Shown: in pieces, positions 27,841 through 37,487 of the stretch
Layout of the letters: each line of letters starts with the position of its first letter
Numbering within the stretch: the first letter of the stretch is position 1
Assembly: GCA_044865955.1 (NCBI GenBank)
Contig: JBIOTM010000172.1
Span: 1 to 60,567 of the forward strand
Source: Actinomycetota bacterium
GTDB taxonomy: Bacteria > Actinomycetota > UBA4738 > HRBIN12
Direction of reading: 5' to 3'
Length of the DNA: 60,567 bases
Notes under the pieces: model-generated
Told to the model about the DNA's origin: nothing
The model's input: only the letters and a program-made list of their open reading frames with translations
Databases searched by the model: none
Program-made: the position numbers and the translations under genes

Positions 27841-30800
27841 GTGAACTGCTCCGTGTGCGGGGCCGACAACCGGCCGGAGGCCAGGTTCTGCCGGCGCTGC
27901 GGATCCCCGCTGACCCTGACCTGCCCGAACGGACACCCGGTGGCCGCGGGCGACCTCTTCTGCGATGCCTGCGGCGCGGCCGTGGTGGCTCCGACCGCGG
28001 GGGCGGCGGCCCCGCCGCGGGTGGAGGGCGAGGCCGGCCCGCCCGCGGGCCCGGGGGCCGAGCGGCGGCTGGTCTCCGTCCTGTTCGCCGACCTGGTCGG
28101 CTTCACGCCGCTGTCGGAGGATCGCGACCCCGAGGAGGTCCGCGAGCTGCTCTCGTCCTACTTCGAGCGGATGCGCCGGCTCGTCGAGCGTCACGGAGGG
28201 ACGATCGAGAAGTTCATCGGGGATGCCGTCATGGCCGTGTGGGGAACGCCCGTCGCGCACGAGGACGACGCGGAGCGAGCCGTGCGTGCCGGTCTGGCGA
28301 TGGCGGAGGCGGTCGACGTGATGAACGCCGACGTCGGGCTCCCCCCGTCCTCGCTCGCCCTCCGCGTCGGGATCCTCAGCGGCGAGGCGGCGATCACGGT
28401 GGGCGCCGAGGGACAGGGCATGGTTGCCGGCGACCTGGTGAACACGGCCTCCAGGATCCAGGCCGCGGCGCCGTCCGGGGCGGTCCTGGTCGGCGAGGCC
28501 ACCAAGCGCGCCACCGAGTCGGCGATCGCGTACGAAGGGGCCGGCGACCGGGAGCTGAGGGGCAAGGCGGAGCCGGTTCCCGTCTGGCGGGCGCTCCGGG
28601 TCGTGGCGGGTCGGCGCGGCGCCGGCCGGAGCGGGGTCTTGGAGGGTCCGTTCGTCGGGCGCGAACGCGACCTCAGGCTGGTCCGGGACCTGTTCGATGC
28701 CAGCGCCCAGGAGCGTCGGGCGGACCTCGTGTCGGTGACCGGGATCGCCGGGATCGGCAAGTCCCGGTTGTCCTGGGAGTTCGAGAAGTACGTCGACGGC
28801 CTGATCGAGAGGGTCTGGTGGCATCGGGGCCGCTGCCTCGCCTACGGCGAGGGGGTCGCGTTCTGGGCCCTCGGCGAGATGGTCCGGATGCGCGCCGGTA
28901 TCGCCGAGGAGGAGGAGCCGGGATCCGCGGCCGCGAAGCTCCGAGCCGCGATCGAGCGCCACGTGCCCGATCCCGAGGAACGGCGGTGGATCGAGCCGAG
29001 GCTGGCGCACCTCCTCGGCCTCGAGGACCGCTCGTCGACCGATCGCGAGGACCTGTTCTCGGGATGGCGGGTGTTCTTCGAACGCCTGGCCGACACGCAG
29101 CCGACCGTGCTCGTCTTCGAGGATCTCCAGTGGGCCGACGCCGCGCTGCTGGACTTCATCGAGCACCTCATGGACTGGTCGAGGAACCACCCCATGTTCG
29201 TCCTGACGCTCGCTCGCCCCGACCTCCTCGAGCGACGCGCGACGTGGGGCACGAGGGGCCGGAGCTTCACGTCCCTGGCGCTGGATCCGCTCTCCGACGA
29301 GGCGATGGATCGGCTGTTGGAAGGACTCGTCCCCGGGATCCCGAGCGATCTGCGGGAGCGCATCCGCGACCGCGCGGAAGGCGTCCCCCTGTACGCGGTC
29401 GAGACGGTACGGATGATCCTGGACCGCGGGCTCCTCGAACGGGACGGCGATCGTTACCGGGCGGTCGCCGACATCGAGGACCTCGCGGTCCCGGAGTCGC
29501 TCCACACGTTGATCGCGGCCCGGCTCGACGCGCTGCCGCCAGCCGAGAGGAACCTGGTGTTCGATGCCTCCGTCCTCGGGAAGACGTTCACCAGGCCGGG
29601 GCTCGCCGCCATCACCGGGCTCCCGGAGCCCGAGCTCGACGACGCGCTCGATGGGCTCGTCCGCAAGGAGCTCCTCTCCCTCCAGGCGGACCCGCGTTCG
29701 CCCGAGCGCGGCCAATACGGGTTCCTCCAGGGTCTCGTGAAGGACGTGGCCTATCACACGCTGCCGAAGAAGGAGCGGCGGGCTCGTCACCTCGCGGTCG
29801 CTCGGTACCTCGACCGCAGCTGGACGGGGGATCCGGACGAGATCATCGAGGTCATGGCATCCCACTACGTGGAGGCCTACCGGGCGATGCCCGACGCGCC
29901 GGACACCGACGAGATCCGGGCGAGCGCCCGGACGATGCTCGCCCGAGCCGGCGAGCGGGCGGCGTCGCTCGGGGCGAGCGGCGAAGCCCAGCGCCATTTC
30001 GAGCAGGCGATGGAGTTCGCCGACGACGTGGTGGAACGGGCGGGACTCACCGAGCGAGCCGGGATCGAGGCGTTCGCCGCCGGCGACCGCGACGCGGCGG
30101 AGCAACACTTCGATCAGTCGATCGCCCAGTTCGAGTCGCAGGGCGAGACGCACGCGGCGGCTCGCGTCTCGGCCCACCTCGCCGAGGTGTCGTGGGACAA
30201 CGGGCACATCGAGGCCGGGATCGAACGGATGGAGCGTGCGTACGAGGTGCTCGCCGGCGACGAGCCCGACGCGGACTTCGCCGCCCTGGCCCACCAGTTG
30301 GGGCGGATGCACTTCTTCGCCGGTCACCAGGAGGCGTGCGCGGAGCGGACCGAGCGCGCGTTGGACGCGGCCGAGATCCTCGGGCTGCCCGAGGTCCTGT
30401 CCCACGCGCTCAACACCAAGTCGCTGGTCCTCATGTCCCGGAGGCACTTCGTCGAGGCCGAGGCGCTCCTCCGACGGGCGCTGGACCTCGCCCTGGAACA
30501 CGATCTCCCGCTGCCGGCCTTCCGCGCCTACTTCAACCTGTACGTCACGCAGGACGTGAACGACATACACGCGTTCGCGCTGGAGGGCCTGGCCCTCGCC
30601 CGGCGGCGAGGGAACCGCCAGTGGGAGGCCAACTTCCTCGGACGTCTGGCGGAGGCGAAATGGCTGCTGGGCGACTGGGACGGTGCGGTCGAAAGCGAGC
30701 GGGCGCTGCTCGAGGGGGGCGAGCGGATCTCGGCGTTCGGATTGTCCCGGACGCTGGGTGCGCTGGCGCACCTGCACGTCAACCGCGGCGAGGTCGATGC

Positions 30801-31407
30801 CGCCGAAGGGCTGGTGGCGATGCGCGAGTCCGCTCGGACGTCGGCGGGCGTGATCGAGCGGCTCGACTATGCGGTGGGTCGGACGATCGTCGCTCGGGCG
30901 AGGGGTGAGCGCGAAGAGGCGAAGGCGCTGGTTGACGACGTGATCGGGGCGGCCGACGGGCTCGGGACGGCCCACGAATCGATCAGGGAGGGCGCGCTCG
31001 AGGCCCTGGAGATCCTCTTCGACGAGGGCGACCTGGTCGGCGTGGAGGCCCTGATCGAGACGCTGACGTCGCAGAGCCCCCCGACCGGCTACCTCCGGGT
31101 CATGCTGACCCGCTTCAGGGCCCGCCTCCTCGCCGGGCGTGGCGAGGCGGTCGCCGCGGACGAAGCGTTCCGGGGGGCGACCCGGGTCCTTCGGGAGTAC
31201 GGGTCGCCCTTCCCCCTGGCCGCCGCGCTCGTGGAGCACGCCGAGCTGCTCGTCGCCGCCGGGCGCGGCGACGAGACCGGCCCGCTCTTGACCGAGGCCC
31301 GCGAGATCTTCGAGCGCCTCCGCGCGGCGCCGTGGCTCGACCGGCTGCGCCGTCTCGTGGAGAGCGCGGGGATCGCCGGACGGGTCGAACCGGCCCACCA
31401 GCCGTGA
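27841..31407 (+). CDS. Double zinc-ribbon - adenylate/guanylate cyclase - AAA/STAND ATPase - TPR-like protein
   Basis: Zinc ribbons NCSVCGADNRPEARFCRRCG..CPNGH..FCDACG. Cyclase domain VSVLFADLVGFTPLSE..IEKFIGDAVMAVWG..GDLVNTASRIQ. Then FVGRERDL..VTGIAGIGKSRL, VLVFEDLQWAD and a helical repeat C-terminus. 1188 aa. Confidence 0.9.
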   Translation: MNCSVCGADNRPEARFCRRCGSPLTLTCPNGHPVAAGDLFCDACGAAVVAPTAGAAAPPRVEGEAGPPAGPGAERRLVSVLFADLVGFTPLSEDRDPEEVRELLSSYFERMRRLVERHGGTIEKFIGDAVMAVWGTPVAHEDDAERAVRAGLAMAEAVDVMNADVGLPPSSLALRVGILSGEAAITVGAEGQGMVAGDLVNTASRIQAAAPSGAVLVGEATKRATESAIAYEGAGDRELRGKAEPVPVWRALRVVAGRRGAGRSGVLEGPFVGRERDLRLVRDLFDASAQERRADLVSVTGIAGIGKSRLSWEFEKYVDGLIERVWWHRGRCLAYGEGVAFWALGEMVRMRAGIAEEEEPGSAAAKLRAAIERHVPDPEERRWIEPRLAHLLGLEDRSSTDREDLFSGWRVFFERLADTQPTVLVFEDLQWADAALLDFIEHLMDWSRNHPMFVLTLARPDLLERRATWGTRGRSFTSLALDPLSDEAMDRLLEGLVPGIPSDLRERIRDRAEGVPLYAVETVRMILDRGLLERDGDRYRAVADIEDLAVPESLHTLIAARLDALPPAERNLVFDASVLGKTFTRPGLAAITGLPEPELDDALDGLVRKELLSLQADPRSPERGQYGFLQGLVKDVAYHTLPKKERRARHLAVARYLDRSWTGDPDEIIEVMASHYVEAYRAMPDAPDTDEIRASARTMLARAGERAASLGASGEAQRHFEQAMEFADDVVERAGLTERAGIEAFAAGDRDAAEQHFDQSIAQFESQGETHAAARVSAHLAEVSWDNGHIEAGIERMERAYEVLAGDEPDADFAALAHQLGRMHFFAGHQEACAERTERALDAAEILGLPEVLSHALNTKSLVLMSRRHFVEAEALLRRALDLALEHDLPLPAFRAYFNLYVTQDVNDIHAFALEGLALARRRGNRQWEANFLGRLAEAKWLLGDWDGAVESERALLEGGERISAFGLSRTLGALAHLHVNRGEVDAAEGLVAMRESARTSAGVIERLDYAVGRTIVARARGEREEAKALVDDVIGAADGLGTAHESIREGALEALEILFDEGDLVGVEALIETLTSQSPPTGYLRVMLTRFRARLLAGRGEAVAADEAFRGATRVLREYGSPFPLAAALVEHAELLVAAGRGDETGPLLTEAREIFERLRAAPWLDRLRRLVESAGIAGRVEPAHQP

Positions 31408-31438
31408 CGGCGTTCGGAGCGCCGGAGAGGGCCGCCCG

Positions 31439-33415
31439 TCAGGCGACGACCCAGCGGTCGAGCGCGATCGAGTTGCCGCCGCTCGACGGCCGGTGAGACC
31501 GGAGGACGACGAGCCGCACGACGTGCGGCTCGTCCTTCAGCCCGGCCACGAGCCGGATCGAGGCGAAGCCGGCGTCCGCCGCGTAGAGGTCCACGGTCCG
31601 CAGGTAGTGACCCTCCAGCCGGACCTCGGCCCGGCCCATCTTGGGCCCACGCAGGACGCGGATGGTGAGACCGGTGCCGGTGAACCGGAGCCTCGCGTCC
31701 GCGCCCGGCGCGTCGCTGATCGCGAACGCGCCGCCGCTCGCCTCCGGATCGCTCAGCGCGGCCCACGAGGCGGACGCCGGCGCGGGATCGCGGTGCAGCA
31801 CGCCCGCCCACCGGAGCGCGTCGACGGCCACCTTCGTGCCCTTCGCCGCCGCGCGCTTGGTCCCGAGCACGGTGACGGTGAGCGCGTGCGGTCCGGCCCC
31901 GAGGCCGGTGAACCGGTGGCGGGTCCCCGCGCGGAGCGAGGGCGCGTAGCCGTCGAACGTGTCCACCGTCGTGCCGTCGATGGCGATCCGGGCCTTGCCC
32001 ATCGCGGGCCCCGACAGGGTGAGGAGCGTCGTGGACCCGCCCCGGAACCGGAAGGTCGCCGACGCCGACGCACGTCGATCCCACAGGTACGACCCGCCGA
32101 TCGCACGCGCGTCCGCCTCGCGACCCCACGCGTACCGCGTCCCGTCGCCGTCCTCCTCCGGGCGCACGACCGAGTCGAACCGCGCCCGCAGCTGGGTCGC
32201 CAGCACGACGGCGATCGTGCAGTCCGGATCGCTCCCCGCGCACGCGCCGTTCCAGCCGCCGAACTCCGAGGCGGAGTCCTCGGTCGCGTTGAACGTGACC
32301 GAGGACTCCGCAGGGATCAGCTCGGTGCAGGAGCTGCGGCAGCTCGGTCCGCCGGACGAGGAGGAGACCGTGCCTCCGCCGGATCCCTCGACCTCCACGT
32401 CCACGGGATAGCCGAAGACGGCCGAGACCGTCTTCCCCATGTGGGCCGTGACCGTGCACGTCGGCGAGGCACCGGCCGGCGTACACGCGCCGGTCCAGCC
32501 GAGCAGGGCCGCGTCCGGAGCCGGCGAGGCCGTGAACGTCAGCAGGTCGCCGGGGTTCGCCAGTCGCGAGCAGTCGGTCGAGCCGCTGCCGCACGAGATG
32601 CGCTCGCCGACGATCCTGCCGGCCGCCAAGGGAACCACCTCGATCGAGGCGATCCTGCCGGCCGCGAGCGACGGGCCCCGGAACCGATCCCGGTCGACGT
32701 CGGTGCCGATCCCCGAGATGCTCCCCGTCGCCGTCCACTGCCAGAAGGTCCAGCCCTTCCCTCCCCAGTTCGCCGCCGGGACGTCCGGGGACGACGCGCC
32801 CCAGTGGGCGATCCACAGGGGATAGCCGTGGTCGGCGAACCATCTCGTGTTCCCGAGGTTGTTCCGCCAGAAGGTGGGGCTCGAATAGATCATCGCCCGC
32901 ACGCCCGTGCGGTCGTGCACGCGCTGCAGCCATCCCCGGATCCATGTGCGGAGCTGGGTGACGGACAGGCCGCCGGTCTCCTCGATGTCGAGCACGGGCA
33001 GGACATCACCGGCCGCGTTCCGCGCGACGCTCAGGAAATGGTCGGCCTCGACCCGGGGGTCGTCGGGATCGACCAAGCCGGGCTTCGCCCGGTGGTACGC
33101 GCCCACGATCAGGCCGTTCGCCGTGGCGCCGGCGAGGTTGGGGCCGTACTTCGGGTCGACGTAGGAACGGCCGCGGGTGGCCCGCATGATCACGAACCGC
33201 GCGGGTGCCGACGCCACCGCGGCCCAATCGACGTCCAGCTGCCACTCCGAGGTGTCGATCCCGGGCACGCGGTACGGGGTCGCGACCGCCGACGGCGCCA
33301 CGGCGCCGCCGTGTACCACCGCGACGGCCCATGCCAGAAAGAAGCCGGCTCTTCGGAGCCGGCGGACGTGCTTGCACACGGGGGGGCGACGATCGCCCCC
33401 TCGAACCCACCCCAT
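31439..33415 (-). CDS. Secreted GH25 lysozyme/muramidase with repeat and carbohydrate-binding-like C-terminal domains
   Basis: GIDTSEWQ..VDW..FVIMRATRG..DPKY..GAYH..LDIE.. is the GH25 signature. Two Cys-containing B-repeat-like units follow (..GWTGACTPAGASPTCTV.., ..GWNGACAGSDPDCTI..), then two related beta-rich modules. Signal-like N-terminus. Confidence 0.85.
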   Translation of the reverse strand: MGWVRGGDRRPPVCKHVRRLRRAGFFLAWAVAVVHGGAVAPSAVATPYRVPGIDTSEWQLDVDWAAVASAPARFVIMRATRGRSYVDPKYGPNLAGATANGLIVGAYHRAKPGLVDPDDPRVEADHFLSVARNAAGDVLPVLDIEETGGLSVTQLRTWIRGWLQRVHDRTGVRAMIYSSPTFWRNNLGNTRWFADHGYPLWIAHWGASSPDVPAANWGGKGWTFWQWTATGSISGIGTDVDRDRFRGPSLAAGRIASIEVVPLAAGRIVGERISCGSGSTDCSRLANPGDLLTFTASPAPDAALLGWTGACTPAGASPTCTVTAHMGKTVSAVFGYPVDVEVEGSGGGTVSSSSGGPSCRSSCTELIPAESSVTFNATEDSASEFGGWNGACAGSDPDCTIAVVLATQLRARFDSVVRPEEDGDGTRYAWGREADARAIGGSYLWDRRASASATFRFRGGSTTLLTLSGPAMGKARIAIDGTTVDTFDGYAPSLRAGTRHRFTGLGAGPHALTVTVLGTKRAAAKGTKVAVDALRWAGVLHRDPAPASASWAALSDPEASGGAFAISDAPGADARLRFTGTGLTIRVLRGPKMGRAEVRLEGHYLRTVDLYAADAGFASIRLVAGLKDEPHVVRLVVLRSHRPSSGGNSIALDRWVVA

Positions 33416-33460
33416 CGCCCGCAGACGATACAGGCTGACCGTGGTAACTCATCGCCGACG

Positions 33461-34516
33461 ATGTCCGAACCGCTGCTATCGAACGCCGACCTCGGCGAGC
33501 TCCTGTGGCGAGCGGGCGCCGAGGAGACCGCCCACCGGCGGAGGGCGCTGCAGCGAGCGTCGCGGGCCGCCCGGTTCTGGCCGGAGGAGGCGGCGGACCT
33601 CGCCCAGACCGGCCGCTCGCTCACCGAGCTCCGCGCCGTCGGTCCGTGGGTCGCCGCCAGGATCCAGGGGTGGCTCGACGCGCCACCGCCGATCGCCGAA
33701 CCGGACGAGACCCGCCGGGGGTACCTGACCTTCGCGCAGGTCCGCCGGGTGCTGGATGCCGATCCCGCCTGGGAGGCGACGCCCCACGGGGACCTCCAGG
33801 TCCACAGCACCGACAGCGATGGGTCGCTGCCGATCCCCGAGATGGCGCTCGCGGCCCGCTCCCTCGGGCGGCGGTACATGGCGAGCACGGACCATTCGAA
33901 GAGCCTCCGGATCGCGCGCGGCATGACCGAGGACGAGCTGGCCGATCAGGGTGGCCGCATCGAAGCGCTGAACGCGGAGCTCGCGGCGGCCGGCATCGGC
34001 TTCCGCGTGCTCCGCTCGATCGAGATGGACGTCTTCGTCGACGGGGGCGGCGACATGGATCCGGCCGCGCTCGCCCGGCTCGACCTCGTGCTCGGCGCCT
34101 TTCACACGAAGCTCCGAGAGCGGGAGGAGCAGACCGAGCGGTACCTGGCCGCGCTCCGGAACCCCACCGTGCACGTGCTGGCCCATCCGACGGCGCGGAT
34201 GTTCGGCCGGCGCGCGGGCCTGCGGGCGGACTGGCCGCGCGTGTTCGACGAGGCCGCGCGCCTGGGCAAGGCGATCGAGCTCGACGCCACCGCATGGCGC
34301 CAGGACCTCGGTGTGGACCTGGCGCGGATCGCGGTGGCGTCGGGCGTCCGATGGTTCTCGATCGGCAGCGACGCCCACGACGCTTTCGAGCTCGAGTACC
34401 TGCCGTTCGGGATGGCCACGGCGGCGCTCGCCGGCATCCCGCGGGGGCGGATCTTGAACTACCTGCCCGTGGACCGGGTCATCTCGTGGGCACGGGAGGT
34501 CGCCGCGACCCGCTAA
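33461..34516 (+). CDS. PHP-domain phosphoesterase (PolX C-terminal-like) with N-terminal helical region
   Basis: This is the C-terminal part of track ORF 31493..34516, starting at ATG 33461. Motifs: DLQVHSTDSDGS, MASTDHS, EMDV, LGAFH, VLAHPT, IGSDAHD. Confidence 0.75.
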   Translation: MSEPLLSNADLGELLWRAGAEETAHRRRALQRASRAARFWPEEAADLAQTGRSLTELRAVGPWVAARIQGWLDAPPPIAEPDETRRGYLTFAQVRRVLDADPAWEATPHGDLQVHSTDSDGSLPIPEMALAARSLGRRYMASTDHSKSLRIARGMTEDELADQGGRIEALNAELAAAGIGFRVLRSIEMDVFVDGGGDMDPAALARLDLVLGAFHTKLREREEQTERYLAALRNPTVHVLAHPTARMFGRRAGLRADWPRVFDEAARLGKAIELDATAWRQDLGVDLARIAVASGVRWFSIGSDAHDAFELEYLPFGMATAALAGIPRGRILNYLPVDRVISWAREVAATR

Positions 34517-35055
34517 CCCTCCCGTCGCCGTTCGTAGCGGACGCCGAACCAGACCTCGTCGCCCTCGACGTGTCGCATGCGCTCCACGAGACGCATCCCG
34601 ACCTTCTCAGCGACCCGGATCGACGGGGCGTTGTCCGCGCTGGCGTAGGCCCGCACGACGTCGGCACCGAGCGTGTCGAAGGCGTAGGCGATCAGTGCCC
34701 CCACGGCCTCCGTCGCGTAGCCACGTCCCTGAACGGCCGGCGACATCGTGTAACCGACCTTGATCACCCCCGGCTCGCCGTCGGCCGGGCTGAGCCCCAC
34801 GTCGCCGATCAGCCGCCCGCTCGTGCCCTCCTCCACGGAGAACTGCACCCATCCGCCGGGCTCGCCCGGCCGACGGCCGCTCATCTCCTCGATGTCGGCC
34901 CGAACGCTCTCCGGGTCGGTGCGTTCCCATCCCTGCTGGCGGTGGACCTCCGGGAGGCTCCGGTAGGCCGAGATCGCCTCGGCGTCCTCGGGGCTCGAGC
35001 GGCGGAGCAGCAGGCGCTCGGTGTGGAGCCGGTCGAAGTCGGTGTCCGGGCGCAT
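34513..35055 (-). CDS. GNAT N-acetyltransferase (RimJ/RimL-like)
   Basis: TERLLLRR..IGDVGL..VGYTMSPAVQGRGYATEAVGALIAYAF..NAPSIRVAEKVGM. Confidence 0.85.
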   Translation of the reverse strand: MRPDTDFDRLHTERLLLRRSSPEDAEAISAYRSLPEVHRQQGWERTDPESVRADIEEMSGRRPGEPGGWVQFSVEEGTSGRLIGDVGLSPADGEPGVIKVGYTMSPAVQGRGYATEAVGALIAYAFDTLGADVVRAYASADNAPSIRVAEKVGMRLVERMRHVEGDEVWFGVRYERRREG

Positions 35056-35220
35056 CGGCGGGAAGCGTAATCGGCCGGGTGCGAACGGGGACCGCCCACG
35101 CCGGTCGAGGACCGCCCATCCGAACCAGCGGGAGAGGTGCGCGGCACCGCCCCGGTTTGCGAGACCGTTCGTGGGATGGAAGGCTGGGTGGTTCGAACCG
35201 TTCGGGAGAGGAGGAGGGTC

Positions 35221-36174
35221 GTGCGCGGTCGAGGTCTCGTGGCCATGCTCGTGTTCGCGGTGGCGCTCTCAGGCGGCCTCGCCCAGGCCGCCACCACGAT
35301 CCAGACGGTCGTCGCCTTCGACCCCGGGGCCGGGGAATTCCCGGAGGGGGTCGCGGTCGACGAGACGGGCGACGTGTACGTGAGTCTCATCCAACCGGTC
35401 GGTGAGGTCCAGGTCATCGAGCCGAGCGGGGAGCGGTCGGTCTTCGCCGACTTCGACGTCCCCGGCTTCGGACCGCTCGGGCTGGCCGTCGACGCCCCCG
35501 GCCACCTCTACGTCGCCGTCGCGAGCTTCGACGCGGCGACGCAGGGCGTCTACCGGGTACGGCCCGACGGAACCAGCGAACGGCTGGCGGGCACCGGGGG
35601 GATCCTGTTCCCCAACGGCGTCGCGCTGGATACGCGGGGCAACGTGTACGCGACGGACAGCATCCTGGGAGCCGTGTGGCGGATACCGCCGAGGGGCACC
35701 GCGGAGCTCTGGTTCCAGGATCCGTTGCTCGAAGGGACGGGCGAAGCCGGGCTGGGCTTCCCGATCGGCGCGAACGGGATCGCCGTCCGTCACAACCAGG
35801 TCATCGTGGCGAACACGGAGGGCGCACGGATCGTCCGCATCCCGGTCGAGCCCGACGGAAGCCCGGGAGACCCGGAGGTGTTCGCCGAGGGATCCTCGCT
35901 GTTCGGCGCCGATGGGATCGCCCTCGGCGTCCACGGCTCCGTCTACGTGGCCGTCAACCCGCAGAGCACGCTCCTCCGCGTCGACGGCGATGGCTCGGTC
36001 ACGACGCTCGCCACCGCCGGCGACGGCCTCGACAATCCGGCCAGCCTGGCGTTCGGCACAGGACGGGGCGACCGCAAGAGCCTGTTCGTCACCAACTTCG
36101 CGATCTTCTCCGCGTCGCCGACCCCCGCCCTGCTCGAGGTGGCCGTGGGAGAGCCCGGACAGCCGATCCCGTAG
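35221..36174 (+). CDS. Secreted SMP-30/gluconolactonase/LRE-like beta-propeller protein
   Basis: GTG 35221 follows GAGGAGGAGG. Signal peptide (M)RGRGLVAMLVFAVALSGGLAQA. Repeated blades are present (PEGVAVDETGDVYV, PLGLAVDAPGHLYV, PNGVALDTRGNVYA, ANGIAV, ADGIALGVHGSVYV, PASLAFG). The track start is 35137. Confidence 0.7.
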   Translation: MRGRGLVAMLVFAVALSGGLAQAATTIQTVVAFDPGAGEFPEGVAVDETGDVYVSLIQPVGEVQVIEPSGERSVFADFDVPGFGPLGLAVDAPGHLYVAVASFDAATQGVYRVRPDGTSERLAGTGGILFPNGVALDTRGNVYATDSILGAVWRIPPRGTAELWFQDPLLEGTGEAGLGFPIGANGIAVRHNQVIVANTEGARIVRIPVEPDGSPGDPEVFAEGSSLFGADGIALGVHGSVYVAVNPQSTLLRVDGDGSVTTLATAGDGLDNPASLAFGTGRGDRKSLFVTNFAIFSASPTPALLEVAVGEPGQPIP

Positions 36175-36216
36175 CCGGAGCGCGCGGGATCACCCGAAGG
36201 GAGGACTGGGATCGTC

Positions 36217-37242
36217 ATGGAGCCGTGGTCGGTCGACCTGCAGGGACGTTTCGAGGAGCACGCCCTCGAGAGCCGGGCGCTCGTGGGCAATCCGCTGGGG
36301 GACCCGCACGAACGGCCCCTGTGGGTGTACACGCCGCCCGGCTACGAGGACGACGCCGAGGCCCGGTTCGCCTCCGTCTACATGATCCAGGGCCTGACCG
36401 GGCAGCTCGACATGTGGCGGAACCGGTCGCCGTTCCGCCGGAACTTCCCCGAGCTCGCCGACGAGCTGTTCGCGCGCGGCGAGGCGCCGCCCGTCGTCGT
36501 CGTGTGGGTGGACTGCTGGACGTCGCTCGGCGGGAGCCAGTTCCTGGACTCCCCCGGCACGGGGAACTACCTCACGTACCTCTGCGACGAGATCGTGCCG
36601 TTCGTCGACGATCGGTACCGGACGATCGCGGATCGGGACCACCGGGGCATCGCCGGGAAGTCGAGCGGCGGGTACGGGGCGATGGTCGTCCCGATGCTCC
36701 GTCCGGAGCTGTGGGGCGGGCTCGCGACGCACGCGGGGGACGCGCTCTTCGAGGCGTGCTACCTCCCGGAGTTCAGGGAGTCCGCGCGGGTGCTGCGCGA
36801 CGACTACGACGGCTCGTACGAGAACTTCTGGAAGGACTTCCGGAGCCGGCCGGCGATGTCGAAGGAGAGCGACGGGCATCTCTTGAACGACTGGTGCATG
36901 GCGGCGTGCTACTCGACCGATCCGGACGGCACCGTCCAGTTGCCGTTCGACACCGCGACCGGCGAGCTGATCCCCGAGATCTGGGAACGCTGGCTCGAGA
37001 AGGACCCGGTGCGGATGGTGCCGCGCCACGCCGACGTCCTGCGCACGATGCGCGCCATCTACATCGACGCGGGGAAGAAGGACGAGTGGTACCTCGACCT
37101 CGGGGCGGAAGCGTTCCGCCGAGCGCTCGAGGCGATCGGCGTGACCGACGTGTCCTTCGAGCTCTTCGACGCCACGCACATGGGGATCGAGTACCGGTAC
37201 CCGCTCGGCCTGAAGTACCTGGCGGAGCGTCTGTCGGTCTGA
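36217..37242 (+). CDS. Alpha/beta-hydrolase, putative esterase family (enterochelin-esterase-like)
   Basis: PLWVYTPPGY..YMIQGLTGQ..GIAGKSSGGYGAM (nucleophile elbow GxSxG). GGAGGA SD. Confidence 0.75.
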   Translation: MEPWSVDLQGRFEEHALESRALVGNPLGDPHERPLWVYTPPGYEDDAEARFASVYMIQGLTGQLDMWRNRSPFRRNFPELADELFARGEAPPVVVVWVDCWTSLGGSQFLDSPGTGNYLTYLCDEIVPFVDDRYRTIADRDHRGIAGKSSGGYGAMVVPMLRPELWGGLATHAGDALFEACYLPEFRESARVLRDDYDGSYENFWKDFRSRPAMSKESDGHLLNDWCMAACYSTDPDGTVQLPFDTATGELIPEIWERWLEKDPVRMVPRHADVLRTMRAIYIDAGKKDEWYLDLGAEAFRRALEAIGVTDVSFELFDATHMGIEYRYPLGLKYLAERLSV

Positions 37243-37244
37243 CC

Positions 37245-37487
37245 CTAGCCCGGCGACCTCGCCGGGCTCGTGTGATCGTGGACGTGCGCTTCCCGCCGGT
37301 GCTCCTTCTCGGTGTCGTCGTGCGGGATGTGCACGTGCTCCATGGCGGCATGGTTGTGCTCGTGCTCGTGCGTGGACAGGAGGTGACCCCAGTTCTCGCC
37401 ACGATGCAGGTAATGCGTGACGTGGTAGTGCTTGTGGCCGTGCACGACCGCGTCGTGCTCGTGATGGCCCTCCGATCTCTCCGTCAT
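37245..37487 (-). CDS. Histidine-rich 80-aa protein (21 His), translationally coupled to the upstream cyclase-STAND gene
   Basis: MTERSEGHHEHDAVVHGHKHYHVTHYLHRGENWGHLLSTHEHEHNHAAMEHVHIPHDDTEKEHRREAHVHDHTSPARSPG. The ATG overlaps the upstream stop (ATGA at 37484-37487), with GGAGGTGG just upstream. Third-position GC is high in this frame. The antisense frame is Val-rich shadow. Confidence 0.6.
   Translation of the reverse strand: MTERSEGHHEHDAVVHGHKHYHVTHYLHRGENWGHLLSTHEHEHNHAAMEHVHIPHDDTEKEHRREAHVHDHTSPARSPG

Noticed and set aside
26652-31398. Track ORFs 26652..30908(+) (1418 aa) and 27739..31398(-) (1219 aa)
   Set aside because: Both are alternative-frame or antisense shadows of the 27841..31407 cyclase-STAND gene and the methyltransferase gene. 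They are extremely Arg/Gly/Pro-rich with no motifs.
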